Shown: in pieces, positions 15,414 to 25,236 of the stretch
How positions within the stretch are numbered: the first letter of the stretch is position 1
Layout: every line of letters begins with the position of its first letter
Virus record (IMG/VR): IMGVR_UViG_3300025168_000607
Span: 1-25,308 of that record
Strand: one strand, 5' to 3'
DNA: 25,308 bases
From: a virus
Taxonomy: Duplodnaviria; Caudoviricetes
The notes under the pieces: model-generated
Seen by the model: only the letters and a program-made list of their open reading frames with translations
The model's database searches: none
Told to the model about the DNA's origin: nothing
Program-made: the position numbers and the translations under genes

Positions 15414-15698
15414 ATGGCAAAAGAATTAAACGAGGAAACATCATTTAACATAAGTCTAAAAACTTTAGCAGGCATAGGGTTTGCAATGGCTGCAGTTATT
15501 AGTGGTTGGTTTGTACTACAAGCAGATATAGCAGAAGCTAAAAAATTGCCTTTACCTGCAGATCCTGAAATTACTCGTATGGAATACGATATGAAAGATC
15601 AACTTATCCGACAAACTATTATGTCTACACAAGAAGACGTAACAGAAATTAAAACACAAATGCTGAGGATGGAGGACAAGATTGATAAACTAAGATAA
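15414..15698 (+). CDS. Single-TM protein with C-terminal coiled coil
   Basis: LAGIGFAMAAVISGWFVL then heptads QEDVTEIKTQMLRMEDKIDKL. Confidence 0.8.
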   Translation: MAKELNEETSFNISLKTLAGIGFAMAAVISGWFVLQADIAEAKKLPLPADPEITRMEYDMKDQLIRQTIMSTQEDVTEIKTQMLRMEDKIDKLR

Positions 15699-15702
15699 TC
15701 TT

Positions 15703-16038
15703 ATGAAAAAAATATTATTTTTATTATTAATTCCATTTACAAGTATAGCTCAAGATTTTCCTAACGGAATGGTTGCTGTTGAGTTTAATGCTAGTTTTAA
15801 TAAATCTAACGAGGTAGCTTGGCTATCAAAACTATCAGACTGCGAAATTCAAAGGGTTGATATAGCTGCAGACTCAAGATGGTCTAAAGAATATAAAATA
15901 GTGGTTGTTCCTACTATTGTTATATTCAACAATAACGAAGAGGTAAAAAGATTTCAAGCAAATATTATGATGACTATGGAAGCTACTAAGGGTGAAGTAC
16001 AAAACTCTATAGACGAAATAGTTATGGAAGCGTTTTAA
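15703..16038 (+). CDS. Exported thioredoxin-fold protein lacking CxxC
   Basis: Signal peptide SIA|Q; VAVEFNASFN, RVDI, YKIVVVPTIVIFNNNEEVKRF; only one Cys. Confidence 0.8.
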   Translation: MKKILFLLLIPFTSIAQDFPNGMVAVEFNASFNKSNEVAWLSKLSDCEIQRVDIAADSRWSKEYKIVVVPTIVIFNNNEEVKRFQANIMMTMEATKGEVQNSIDEIVMEAF

Positions 16039-16047
16039 ATTTAAATT

Positions 16048-16497
16048 ATGAAACTAAGTAAAAATTTCTCTCGTGCAGAGATAGAGCATAGTAACACAGC
16101 AAAAAGATTAGGTATAAGCAATGAGATGTCAGAGAAACACTTGGAAAACATGCAAAGGCTCATTGACAATCTTATACAGCTTCTTCGTGACTCTATTGGT
16201 CCTATTAGGATTAGTAGTGGTTATCGTTCCCCGTCACTTAATCGTGCAATTGGTGGGTCATCTCGCAGCCAGCATTGTAAAGCTGAAGCTTTGGATTTGC
16301 AGTTTTGGGAAAAAGGAAAAATGAATAACAAAGTTATTTATGATTGGATATTAGAGTCTGACTTAGAGTTTGATCAAATGATAAACGAGTTTAATTTTGC
16401 TTGGATTCACATATCTTTAAAAAAAAATAGTAATAGAAAGCAGGTACTAGAAGCGTATAAAGATGATGAAGGTGATACTGCTTACAAACTTGTCTAA
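16048..16497 (+). CDS. Peptidase M15 family endolysin
   Basis: LSKNFS, SSGYRS...N..IGG...SQH...A.D, WIHIS Zn-peptidase motifs. Confidence 0.9.
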   Translation: MKLSKNFSRAEIEHSNTAKRLGISNEMSEKHLENMQRLIDNLIQLLRDSIGPIRISSGYRSPSLNRAIGGSSRSQHCKAEALDLQFWEKGKMNNKVIYDWILESDLEFDQMINEFNFAWIHISLKKNSNRKQVLEAYKDDEGDTAYKLV

Positions 16498-16499
16498 TT

Positions 16500-16886
16500 A
16501 TGAGTAAATTATTAAGTTTTTTAGGTGGTGGAGTAATAGAGAAGGTAGGCAATGTAATAGACAACCTTAGTACATCTGACGAAGAAAGATTAGCTGCTAA
16601 ACAAGCGATGGAAGAAGTTCTTATGCAGGCTGAGGCTCAAGCTCAAGAGCAAGTTACTAGACGCTGGGAAGCTGACATGAAGTCTGATAATTGGCTTTCT
16701 AAAAACATTCGTCCTTTGATATGTATATTTTTAACTGCAATTTTTGTAGTTTTGTCAGTGTTTGATGGGAACGCAGGAGGATTTGAGATTCAAGAGAGTT
16801 ATATTCCTATATATCAAACGTTATTAATAACAGTATATGGAGCTTACTTTGCAGGTAGGTCTATAGAAAAAATAAAGAAAAAGTAA
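16500..16886 (+). CDS. Holin, GTA 3TM-holin-like family
   Basis: RWEADMKSDNWLSKNIRP, TM segments, AYFAGRSIEK; adjacent to endolysin. Confidence 0.85.
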   Translation: MSKLLSFLGGGVIEKVGNVIDNLSTSDEERLAAKQAMEEVLMQAEAQAQEQVTRRWEADMKSDNWLSKNIRPLICIFLTAIFVVLSVFDGNAGGFEIQESYIPIYQTLLITVYGAYFAGRSIEKIKKK

Positions 16887-16887
16887 A

Positions 16888-18429
16888 ATGTCAGATTTAA
16901 AAGGAAAATCAATAGCGTCTACATATAAAAATTTAATTCAATCTTCTAGTGAAATTTCTAACACTACTTTAAAACAAGTTCAAAGTGGTTCTGGAAATAA
17001 TGTTGCTATGAAGTTGTCTACAGATAAGGCTGTTTTCCCAAAGGTAGGTATTGGTAATACAGGTTCTACTCCTGATGGTTTACTGCATGTTTTGTCTACA
17101 TCTGCAGGCTCAGTTACAGCAAACTCTTTAGCTGATGAAGTTGTTTTAGAGTCTTCAACGAATACTGGTTTATCTATATTATCAGGTGCGTCACATAAAG
17201 GTAATATGTTTTTTGGTGATGCTAATGGCAATGATGTAGGTAAAATATCTTACAATCACGCTGATGACTCGTTTAGTTTTAGCACTAACGGATCTGTATC
17301 TATGACTTTAGATAAAAATTCTAATCTTAAAGTAAACGGTATAGTTTCTCAATCAGAGGATAGGTATTTTCTTGAAGAGTATTTTCATAAATTACCTTAT
17401 AAAGATATTCAGGATTGTGAAGTAACTCAATCTAGCAGTGCTACAACAGAAGTGCCAAGTTCTACTAAAAACACTAGAATTACTACAGTAGCTAATGACT
17501 TAGCTGCTAACGACTCTCAAGAGTTTACGTTTACAAACGTAATGATACATGATAAATCTTATGTTCACGCTGTTTTAGTTGATACTAGTGCAACTATAGC
17601 TGATAATGCTAGCGTTGTTGTAATGGCTTATGATATAGCAAATGGTAACTGTAAAATTAGAATATCAAATACAGGTGTTGACATTGCTAGTATGACTTTT
17701 ATAATTCAAGTTACAGTTGATCCTCATATAGATTCTAATGATCACTGGGTTATAGATGGAACTAATTCTGACGAAACAAAAGTAACATATGCTGGAGCTC
17801 AACCAGGATTAAGAGTTTATACTAATTCTGGTGATAACGATCAAGTAATACTTAATCCTAAAATAAGTAATCAAGGTAATAATACTGATTTAATAAACAC
17901 GTCTCCTTGGAGAAATGTAAACTTTTTCTCTGAGTATCAGACAGAGCTTAACATAGCAATATCAACTCATAGTACTATTACAAATAAAGCTATATGGGCT
18001 GGAATGAAATTATCTAATACAGGTGCTTATGCTACAGATGCAGATCAAGCTTATTTTTTATACGCTACTGATGATGATTTAGGAGCTTTAACAACAAATG
18101 GTAATCTTCACTTTGTGTATAGTATAGGTGGAGTAGATTACATAACAGATTTAGGTGTAGCAATTACTGCTAGCACTGTTTATAGGTTAAAGTTAGCTTT
18201 TGATGAAAATAGAAAACTTAGTGTTTTTGTAAACGATGTACAGTATGGTTTAACTTCTACTCCAACTACAACAACTGCAGGTGGTGTAACTGAGGCTGTT
18301 TCTACTACAAAATCTTTAGCAATGACAGCTAGTGCAAATTTATTTCCAGTTATAGCTTTACAAAACCTGTCAGCAGCATCTAGATTTCTTTATTGTCACT
18401 TTATAAAAATATCAAGAACATTAGCATAA
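16888..18429 (+). CDS. Virion structural / tail-associated protein
   Basis: 513 aa S/T-rich; VGIGNT..PDGLLHV fibre-type motif; beta-rich C-terminus. Confidence 0.7.
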   Translation: MSDLKGKSIASTYKNLIQSSSEISNTTLKQVQSGSGNNVAMKLSTDKAVFPKVGIGNTGSTPDGLLHVLSTSAGSVTANSLADEVVLESSTNTGLSILSGASHKGNMFFGDANGNDVGKISYNHADDSFSFSTNGSVSMTLDKNSNLKVNGIVSQSEDRYFLEEYFHKLPYKDIQDCEVTQSSSATTEVPSSTKNTRITTVANDLAANDSQEFTFTNVMIHDKSYVHAVLVDTSATIADNASVVVMAYDIANGNCKIRISNTGVDIASMTFIIQVTVDPHIDSNDHWVIDGTNSDETKVTYAGAQPGLRVYTNSGDNDQVILNPKISNQGNNTDLINTSPWRNVNFFSEYQTELNIAISTHSTITNKAIWAGMKLSNTGAYATDADQAYFLYATDDDLGALTTNGNLHFVYSIGGVDYITDLGVAITASTVYRLKLAFDENRKLSVFVNDVQYGLTSTPTTTTAGGVTEAVSTTKSLAMTASANLFPVIALQNLSAASRFLYCHFIKISRTLA

Positions 18430-18450
18430 TTAAATTTAAATTAAATATAT

Positions 18451-18729
18451 ATGGAAGCAATAAACCCTATTATAAGAAAAATAACTATAGGGGACTTAAA
18501 GCAAGGTTTGACTTATCAAGTAGGTCAAAAGATGCTTGGAGGTTCTCTAGAAGTCACAGCCATAATACAAGATGAGGCTGCGTGGTACAAGCATCAACAG
18601 GTTGTATACGATGTGTATATAAAAAAAGATGGTGAAGAGTTTTCAAGACCTTGGAAAAGGTTTTTTTCTCAACCAACAGCTATAGAGTACAACACTGCAG
18701 TACTGGAAGAAGAGTACGAAATTAAATAA
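18451..18729 (+). CDS. Conserved phage hypothetical protein
   Basis: IIRKITIG...YQVGQ...GG...WKRF...IEY; long A-rich leader. Confidence 0.8.
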   Translation: MEAINPIIRKITIGDLKQGLTYQVGQKMLGGSLEVTAIIQDEAAWYKHQQVVYDVYIKKDGEEFSRPWKRFFSQPTAIEYNTAVLEEEYEIK

Positions 18730-18754
18730 AAAGTAAACGTAAATATAAGCAAGA

Positions 18755-19324
18755 ATGAAGCCAATTAAAGATGTCTACTGGATAGAAGTAGTAAAGCAAA
18801 CTGAAGATACTATTATGTTAAACGGTAAGGAGTTGTATAGAGATACTTCTTATGACCCTATGAGGTTAGCAAGACAGTTTGGGGTTATTTATGAAACACC
18901 TATACATAATGATTTAAATATACAAAAAGGTGATAAAGTTTGGTTTCATCATTTTGTTGCAACAGATATTAATAAAGTAAAGTATATTGATGATAAAGAA
19001 ATTTATCAGGCTAATTTAAATCAAATATATTTAGTTGAAAGAGACGGTGAAATGATACCAATAGGTATTTGGAACTTTATAAAGCAAGAAATGAAAGAGC
19101 CAGAGCAATCTGAGTCTGGTATATTTTTAGAAACATCTGCTTCTAATGTAGAACTTCATGGTCATGCTGTATATATAAATGACTGGATGAAAGATCAAGG
19201 AGTTAAAAAAGGAGATAGAGTATTTTTTAGTGAAAACTCTGAGTACGACATAAATATAAATGGGGAGTCTCTTCTTAGAATGAGAAACTTTGACATATTA
19301 GGTGTTTATGAAGGAACAGAATAA
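18755..19324 (+). CDS. Tandem GroES/Cpn10-like co-chaperonin
   Basis: Second half: EQSESGIFL...VKKGDRVFF...INGESLLRMRNFDILGV; first half: KPIKD.YWIE...IQKGDKVWF. Confidence 0.75.
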   Translation: MKPIKDVYWIEVVKQTEDTIMLNGKELYRDTSYDPMRLARQFGVIYETPIHNDLNIQKGDKVWFHHFVATDINKVKYIDDKEIYQANLNQIYLVERDGEMIPIGIWNFIKQEMKEPEQSESGIFLETSASNVELHGHAVYINDWMKDQGVKKGDRVFFSENSEYDININGESLLRMRNFDILGVYEGTE

Positions 19325-19595
19325 AGATTATGCCCTTAAGACTTTAGAGAAGTTAATAGAGGCAAGTAAAGGAGCTGTAGACCTTCTTATAGAGGAGATA
19401 GGCAAACCTTTAATAGAGGAAGATGACGCTAAAAGAAGACAAGCTATAAAAGCAAAAAGAGAGTGCTTTGAGGATTGTCAAGAAATTCTTTTAGGAATAA
19501 AAAACCTTGAGGATAGAATCAAGGAAGGAGAATCCTTAATAGAAGAGAAAAAAGACTTTAAAGGGTCTTTTGCTGAACGGTATGCAAAAAAGTGA
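19308..19595 (+). CDS. Probable terminase small subunit
   Basis: Helical 95 aa protein overlapping the TerL start; called mainly by position. Confidence 0.55.
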   Translation: MKEQNKDYALKTLEKLIEASKGAVDLLIEEIGKPLIEEDDAKRRQAIKAKRECFEDCQEILLGIKNLEDRIKEGESLIEEKKDFKGSFAERYAKK

Positions 19596-21663
19596 TATGA
19601 TATATCTTACTGAAGGTAGTGAAGGAGATGTCTTAGAGTTTGATAACTTAAAGATAGTTCTACCTAAAAAGCCTAGATATAAAAAAGATATACTATATCA
19701 TAACCTTCCTAAGAAACAACAAAAGTGGACTAGAGAGGATATACCAAAGGGGTTAACAAGGGAGAACGCTACAGATTATGTAGACTATATAGAAGAGGAG
19801 TTTAGAAGAAGAAGAGACGGTTTATGGTTTTATAACAATGGTGTTCCTACGTATATTACTGGATCGCATTATATGTTTATTCAGTGGAGTAAAATAGATG
19901 TTGGTTATCCTGATTACAGAGATGCTAACAGGACGTTCTTTATTTTTTGGGAAGCGTGTAAAAACGACAAGAACTCTTACGGAATGTGTTTTCTTAAAAA
20001 CAGACGTAGTGGTTTTTCTTACATGGCAAGTAGTGAGATAGTTAATCTAGCTACTCAAGTTTACGATAGTAACTTTGGTTTACTTTCTAAAACAGGTGCA
20101 GATGCTAAAACAATGTTTACAGATAAGGTAGTTCGTATATATCGTAACTACCCTTTCTTTTTTCAGCCTATACAAGATGGTTCTAGTAACCCTCGTGTAG
20201 AGTTAGCATTTAGAGAGCCTGCTAAAAAAATAACAAGAAATCAAAAGCATATAGAGAAATCTGAAGCTTTAAATTCTATTATAGATTGGAAGAACACTGC
20301 TGATAACAGTTATGATGGTATGAAGCTAAAGCTTTTAGTTCATGATGAAGCTGGTAAGTGGACAGGTCAAAACTCTATAAAGAAAAACTGGGGTGTAACT
20401 CAAACCTGTTTACTTCTAGGTAGAAAAGTTGTAGGAAAATGCATGATGGGTTCTACTGCTAACAAGTTGCAAGATGGTGGTGCGGAGTTTAAAGATATAT
20501 TTCATGACTCTGACATGTCAGAAAAAGATCTTAATGGTAGGACAAAAAGTGGTTTGTATAAGTTGTTTATACCCGCATTTGACAACTTAGAAGGATTTAT
20601 AGATGAGTATGGTTATTCTGTTATAGACACCCCTGATAAACCTGTTATGGGTATTGATAATATGTTAATTGATACTGGTGCTAGAAATTATATACAAAAT
20701 AGAAGAGATGTACTAAAGGATGATACTACAGCTTTATCTGAATTTAAACGTCAGTTTCCATTTACTGTTGAAGAGGCTTTTAGAAACGATACACAAAGTT
20801 GTATATTTGATGTCGAAAGAATTTATCAGCAAATGGATTACAACGAAGTTAATAATACTCCTACAACAAGGGGTGAGTTTGTTTGGAAAAATGGCGTACA
20901 GGATAGCGAAGTTATGTGGATACCTCACAGAAAAGGCAAGTGGGAAATCACTTGGGTTCCAGAGGCTCAAAATCAAAATGTTATATCTTCTAGGTTTAAC
21001 AAAAAGTTTCCTGGAAAAGCAGACCAACTTGTTGCAGGTTGTGACCCTTACGATCATGATACGACTACCGATGGTAGAAGGTCTGATGCTGCTGCTCATG
21101 TATTTCATAAATTTAGTATGTCAAGCGATGCGTCTATGCAGTTTGTATGTGAGTACATTAATAGACCGCCTAAAGCAGAAATATTTTACGAAGACATGAT
21201 TAAGATGTGTGTGTTTTATGGCTGTCAAATATTGGTAGAGAATAACAAGGTAGGGATACTAAAATATTTTGAAAACAGAGGATATTATGAATATTTAATG
21301 GATAGACCAGATATGACTCACACAGAGTGGAGTAGGGGTAAGCAAAAAACAAAAGGTATACCTGGTTCAGGTGCTGCAGTAATAAATGCTCAAGCAGAGG
21401 CAATAGCTACTTATATATATGACCATGTTGGTTATAACGCAAGTACAGGAGAAATTGGACAATGTTTTTTTAATACACTTCTTGATGATTGGAGTAGGTT
21501 CGAGATAGATAACAGGACAAAATACGATGCTAGTATATCGTCATCATTAGCTTTATTAGCGTCACAAAAATATATAAAACCTAAAAAAGAATTAAAGATT
21601 TCATCTCCTTTAGTTAAAAAATACAACAATAAAGGAATGTTTAGTAAAAGATTAAGAGCATGA
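19582..21663 (+). CDS. terL: Terminase large subunit
   Basis: Walker A-like LKNRRSGFS, Walker B LLVHDEAGK, motif III GSTA, nuclease AGCDPYD, VENN; start could be 19570 or 19582. Confidence 0.93.
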   Translation: MQKSDMIYLTEGSEGDVLEFDNLKIVLPKKPRYKKDILYHNLPKKQQKWTREDIPKGLTRENATDYVDYIEEEFRRRRDGLWFYNNGVPTYITGSHYMFIQWSKIDVGYPDYRDANRTFFIFWEACKNDKNSYGMCFLKNRRSGFSYMASSEIVNLATQVYDSNFGLLSKTGADAKTMFTDKVVRIYRNYPFFFQPIQDGSSNPRVELAFREPAKKITRNQKHIEKSEALNSIIDWKNTADNSYDGMKLKLLVHDEAGKWTGQNSIKKNWGVTQTCLLLGRKVVGKCMMGSTANKLQDGGAEFKDIFHDSDMSEKDLNGRTKSGLYKLFIPAFDNLEGFIDEYGYSVIDTPDKPVMGIDNMLIDTGARNYIQNRRDVLKDDTTALSEFKRQFPFTVEEAFRNDTQSCIFDVERIYQQMDYNEVNNTPTTRGEFVWKNGVQDSEVMWIPHRKGKWEITWVPEAQNQNVISSRFNKKFPGKADQLVAGCDPYDHDTTTDGRRSDAAAHVFHKFSMSSDASMQFVCEYINRPPKAEIFYEDMIKMCVFYGCQILVENNKVGILKYFENRGYYEYLMDRPDMTHTEWSRGKQKTKGIPGSGAAVINAQAEAIATYIYDHVGYNASTGEIGQCFFNTLLDDWSRFEIDNRTKYDASISSSLALLASQKYIKPKKELKISSPLVKKYNNKGMFSKRLRA

Positions 21664-24062
21664 ATTATTTAAACGATAAGAAAAAATTAAACGGTTATCC
21701 ATCACCTTTAGCTAGCAATGAAGAAAAAGCTGCAAAAGAATATGGTCTTGAGTATTTTAAGACTATGTATTATGAGTGGCATAACAATGGCGATGTATAC
21801 TTTAGAGATCGTAAAATGCGATATAATCGTAATAGATCTTATGCTGAAGGTAATCAAGATGTAGGTAAATATAAAGATTTGCTTGATGTTCAAGGAGACT
21901 CATCTTATCTTAATATAGATTTTACTCCAGTATCAATAATACCAAAATTTGTTGATGTTATTGTTAATGGTATGGTAAATCAAGATTACGATGTTAAAGC
22001 TAAGTCTATAGATCCAGTTGCAACTAATGAAAGATATGAGCAGAAAAAGAAAATGTATGCTGATATGATGATGGGTTCTCTTATTGCAAAAATTGAGGAT
22101 AAATCTGGCATGAAAATGACAGATGAAAGTTTTGTTGCTGATACTCCTGAAGAAATAGAAATGTACATGGCTATGAATTACAAGCAATCTGTAGAAATAG
22201 CTTTAGAAAAATCTATAGAATACACAATGGATATAAATGATTACGATAACATTAAAAGGTATATGATTCGTGATCTTGTTGTGTTAGGTCTTTGTGCAAC
22301 TAAAACAGAAATATCAAAAACAGAAGGTGTTAAAATAAGACACGTAGACCCTGCTAATCTTATAACTTCTTTTTCTAATAAACCAGACTTTAAAAATATA
22401 CGTCACGCAGGTGAAATTTATTCTATGACTATAGCTGATTTAAAAATGCAAGCTGGTGACGAGTTTAGTGAAGATGATTACATTAAAATTGCTGCAGAGT
22501 ATGCTGGTAAAAATAATAACCCATCCAACTACGGTACTCAAGCTTATTATGAAAATGGCAACGAAACTTATGATTATGATAAGTTTAGTGTTAATATATT
22601 AGATGCTGAGTTTATTACAAGTCACTCTTTAAATTATGAAAAGAAAGAAAATAAATTTGGTGGTTATTCTGTAAATAAAAAATCTAGTAACTATAAGCCA
22701 CCTAAAAAATCTAAAACTAAAAGAGAAAGTATTGGTTCTACTGTAAAAGTTATTTATAGTGGTAAGTATATAGTTGGTACAGATTATATATTTAATTATG
22801 GCATGATGAAAGATATGCCTAGACCTAAATCTAATTTATCTGAAACAAGACTTTCGTATATAATTTACCAACCAAACTTATATAAAATGAAGAGTCGTTC
22901 TTTAGTAGATAGAATGATTCCTTTTGCTGATCAAATACAATTAGCTCACCTTAAGATACAACAGGTTCTTGCTAAGGCTAGACCTAAAGGTGCTGCTTTT
23001 GAAGTAGGTGCTTTAGAAAATGTATCAAAGGGTGATGGTGGTACTTTTACACCTTTAGAGCTTCAAGAGATATACGATCAAACTGGTAATGTTTATTATC
23101 GTAGAATGGATGATGAGGGTAACATGACTAACGCTATGCCTATTCAAGAGTTAGAAAATGGTATAGGTCGTGATTTTGCTACTCTTATAAATGTGTATCA
23201 GCATAATTTACAAATGCTTCGTGATGTAACTGGTGTTAACGAGGCGAGAGATGCTTCTAAGCCATCTAGTGAGGCACTTGTGGGCGTACAGAAATTAGCT
23301 TTACTAGCTTCTAATAATGCTACTAGAGATATTAATGATGCCTACCTTAGTGTTACAAGAAGTCTTTCTCAAAGTATAAGTATTAGAATGCAAGATTTAG
23401 TTAATTTTAAAAACTTGCATGGTATGTATGTTAACGTTATAGGTGGTGCCTCTATGAATAGTATAGATATGATGAAAAAATTATCTATACATGAGTTTGG
23501 TATTACTTTAGATATAGCACCTGACGAAGAGGAAAGACAAATGATGGAGCAAAATATTCAGGTATCTTTAGCTCAAAAAGAACTTAGATTAGAAGATGCC
23601 ATAGCTATAAGATCTATAAGAAATGTTAAGATGGCTAATCAAATGCTTGTTTTAAGAAGATCTAAATATCAAAAAGAACAAAGATCTATAGCTCAACAGG
23701 CTTCAGAACAAAATGCTCAATTGCAACAACAGTCAGCTCAACAAGCTGCACAGTTAAAGCAACAAGAAATGCAATCAGAAATGCAAATAGAGCAAGCTCG
23801 TGTTCAAGCAAAAGCTCAGGCAGATATGCAGTTAAAACAACTTGACTACCAGCTTAAAGAACAGTTTGAGCAGGCTCAACATCAAAGAAGGCTTAGGGAA
23901 ATAGAGTTAAGTAACTTAGGTAAAGAAGGCACTGCATCTGTGCAAGGTGGTGTTAGAAAAGAGGTTCAACAACAGTCTGCTATTAATCAATCTCAGATGA
24001 TAGAACAAAGAGAAGGACGCAGAGGTCCTTTAAATATTACTGAAAATAAACAGGAAGAATAA
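21660..24062 (+). CDS. Portal protein (crAss-like size)
   Basis: 800 aa directly after terL (ATGA overlap); IIPKFVDVIVNG, SLVDRMIPF, RDVTGVNEARD; Gln-rich coiled-coil C-terminus. Confidence 0.87.
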   Translation: MNYLNDKKKLNGYPSPLASNEEKAAKEYGLEYFKTMYYEWHNNGDVYFRDRKMRYNRNRSYAEGNQDVGKYKDLLDVQGDSSYLNIDFTPVSIIPKFVDVIVNGMVNQDYDVKAKSIDPVATNERYEQKKKMYADMMMGSLIAKIEDKSGMKMTDESFVADTPEEIEMYMAMNYKQSVEIALEKSIEYTMDINDYDNIKRYMIRDLVVLGLCATKTEISKTEGVKIRHVDPANLITSFSNKPDFKNIRHAGEIYSMTIADLKMQAGDEFSEDDYIKIAAEYAGKNNNPSNYGTQAYYENGNETYDYDKFSVNILDAEFITSHSLNYEKKENKFGGYSVNKKSSNYKPPKKSKTKRESIGSTVKVIYSGKYIVGTDYIFNYGMMKDMPRPKSNLSETRLSYIIYQPNLYKMKSRSLVDRMIPFADQIQLAHLKIQQVLAKARPKGAAFEVGALENVSKGDGGTFTPLELQEIYDQTGNVYYRRMDDEGNMTNAMPIQELENGIGRDFATLINVYQHNLQMLRDVTGVNEARDASKPSSEALVGVQKLALLASNNATRDINDAYLSVTRSLSQSISIRMQDLVNFKNLHGMYVNVIGGASMNSIDMMKKLSIHEFGITLDIAPDEEERQMMEQNIQVSLAQKELRLEDAIAIRSIRNVKMANQMLVLRRSKYQKEQRSIAQQASEQNAQLQQQSAQQAAQLKQQEMQSEMQIEQARVQAKAQADMQLKQLDYQLKEQFEQAQHQRRLREIELSNLGKEGTASVQGGVRKEVQQQSAINQSQMIEQREGRRGPLNITENKQEE

Positions 24063-24093
24063 TTTGATTATAATTATAAAAAAATTATATTTG
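24063..24093 (+). promoter_or_regulatory. Consensus Bacteroidota promoter for scaffold/capsid genes
   Basis: TTTG-N19-TATATTTG exact. Confidence 0.85.
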
Positions 24094-24121
24094 CGAAAAC
24101 AACTAAGTTAAATTTAAGACA

Positions 24122-25201
24122 ATGGATGTAAGAGATGAATTAGTAAAACAGTTTGGAGGAGAGGTTGTACAACCTGAATCTAAGCAAAATATCGTTGACT
24201 TGACTGGTGATGAAAACCAAGCAGTCGAGTCAGAGCAACCTGTAACGCAGGAGCAATCTAACGTTATAGACTTGACAGGTGATAGTTCTTTAAATAATGA
24301 GGAGACTACCAATGTTGATGAATCTCAAAGTGATCAACAAGTAGAGGGTGAAGAAATCAGTGATGACGAAGTTGTCTTACAATACCTTAGCGAGAAGCTT
24401 GGGCGAGACCTAACATCATTTGATGATCTTAACACAACTAGTGCACAAACAGAAAGTAATGACTTTGCAAGCGAGCAGCTTAAGGTTATTAATGATTATG
24501 TAAAAAACACTGGTCGTACAGTTCAAGATTATCTGAACACTCAAACAGTTGATTTATCTAATGTATCTGATGACGCAGTAATGAAAGAATATCTAAGATT
24601 AGATAATCCTAATTTAACTGAAGCTGAGTTAAGCGATTATATGGCTGCGACATATAAGATGGATAAAGATGAGTACACTTCAAGAGACATGAATGCTGGT
24701 AAGGTTCAATTAATGAAAGACGCTAAAACTGCTAGAGAATACTTTGATAAGGTTAAGCAAGATTATGCTATGCCTACTGAAAGTAATTCTCCTGAAGTAT
24801 CTGAACAAGAAAGAACTGAGTGGTTAGGTCAAATGGAGTCTGAGGTCAACGACCTTGAAGGTTTATCATTTGAGATGAATGACCAAGGTGAAGAGTTTGT
24901 TTATAATCTAGATGACGATGCTCGTCAAGAGATTAAAGGCTATAACTCTAACTTAGAAAACTTTTTTGATAAGTATATTGATAAAGGTGGTAACTGGAAC
25001 TTTGACGCTTTAAATACTGATATGTATATCTTAAACAATATGGATAAGATTGTTAGAGGTGTCGCTAATCAGTATAGAAGTAAAGGAACAGAAAGCGTAA
25101 TTAATGAGATTAAGAACCCTTCGTTTACACAAGATAAACAAAGTGCTCCTCAGAAACAAGAGTCAACTCTCGATATGTTGAGACGACAAATACTTGGTTA
25201 A
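24122..25201 (+). CDS. Acidic scaffolding-like protein
   Basis: 359 aa with acidic disordered N-terminus (repeated NxxDLTGD); lies between portal and probable capsid gene. Confidence 0.7.
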   Translation: MDVRDELVKQFGGEVVQPESKQNIVDLTGDENQAVESEQPVTQEQSNVIDLTGDSSLNNEETTNVDESQSDQQVEGEEISDDEVVLQYLSEKLGRDLTSFDDLNTTSAQTESNDFASEQLKVINDYVKNTGRTVQDYLNTQTVDLSNVSDDAVMKEYLRLDNPNLTEAELSDYMAATYKMDKDEYTSRDMNAGKVQLMKDAKTAREYFDKVKQDYAMPTESNSPEVSEQERTEWLGQMESEVNDLEGLSFEMNDQGEEFVYNLDDDARQEIKGYNSNLENFFDKYIDKGGNWNFDALNTDMYILNNMDKIVRGVANQYRSKGTESVINEIKNPSFTQDKQSAPQKQESTLDMLRRQILG

Positions 25202-25236
25202 AAAATTAATTATTATTTATTTAAAAATATAAAAAA

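Noticed and set aside
10426-22187. Nested or antisense short ORFs (10426, 11451, 12358, 16121, 16980, 18393, 20720, 20734, 21200, 21432, 21708, 21933, 21986)
   Set aside because: All overlap well-supported genes and lack motifs or leaders
24103-24312. Minus-strand 69 aa ORF
   Set aside because: Shadow of the scaffold-like gene
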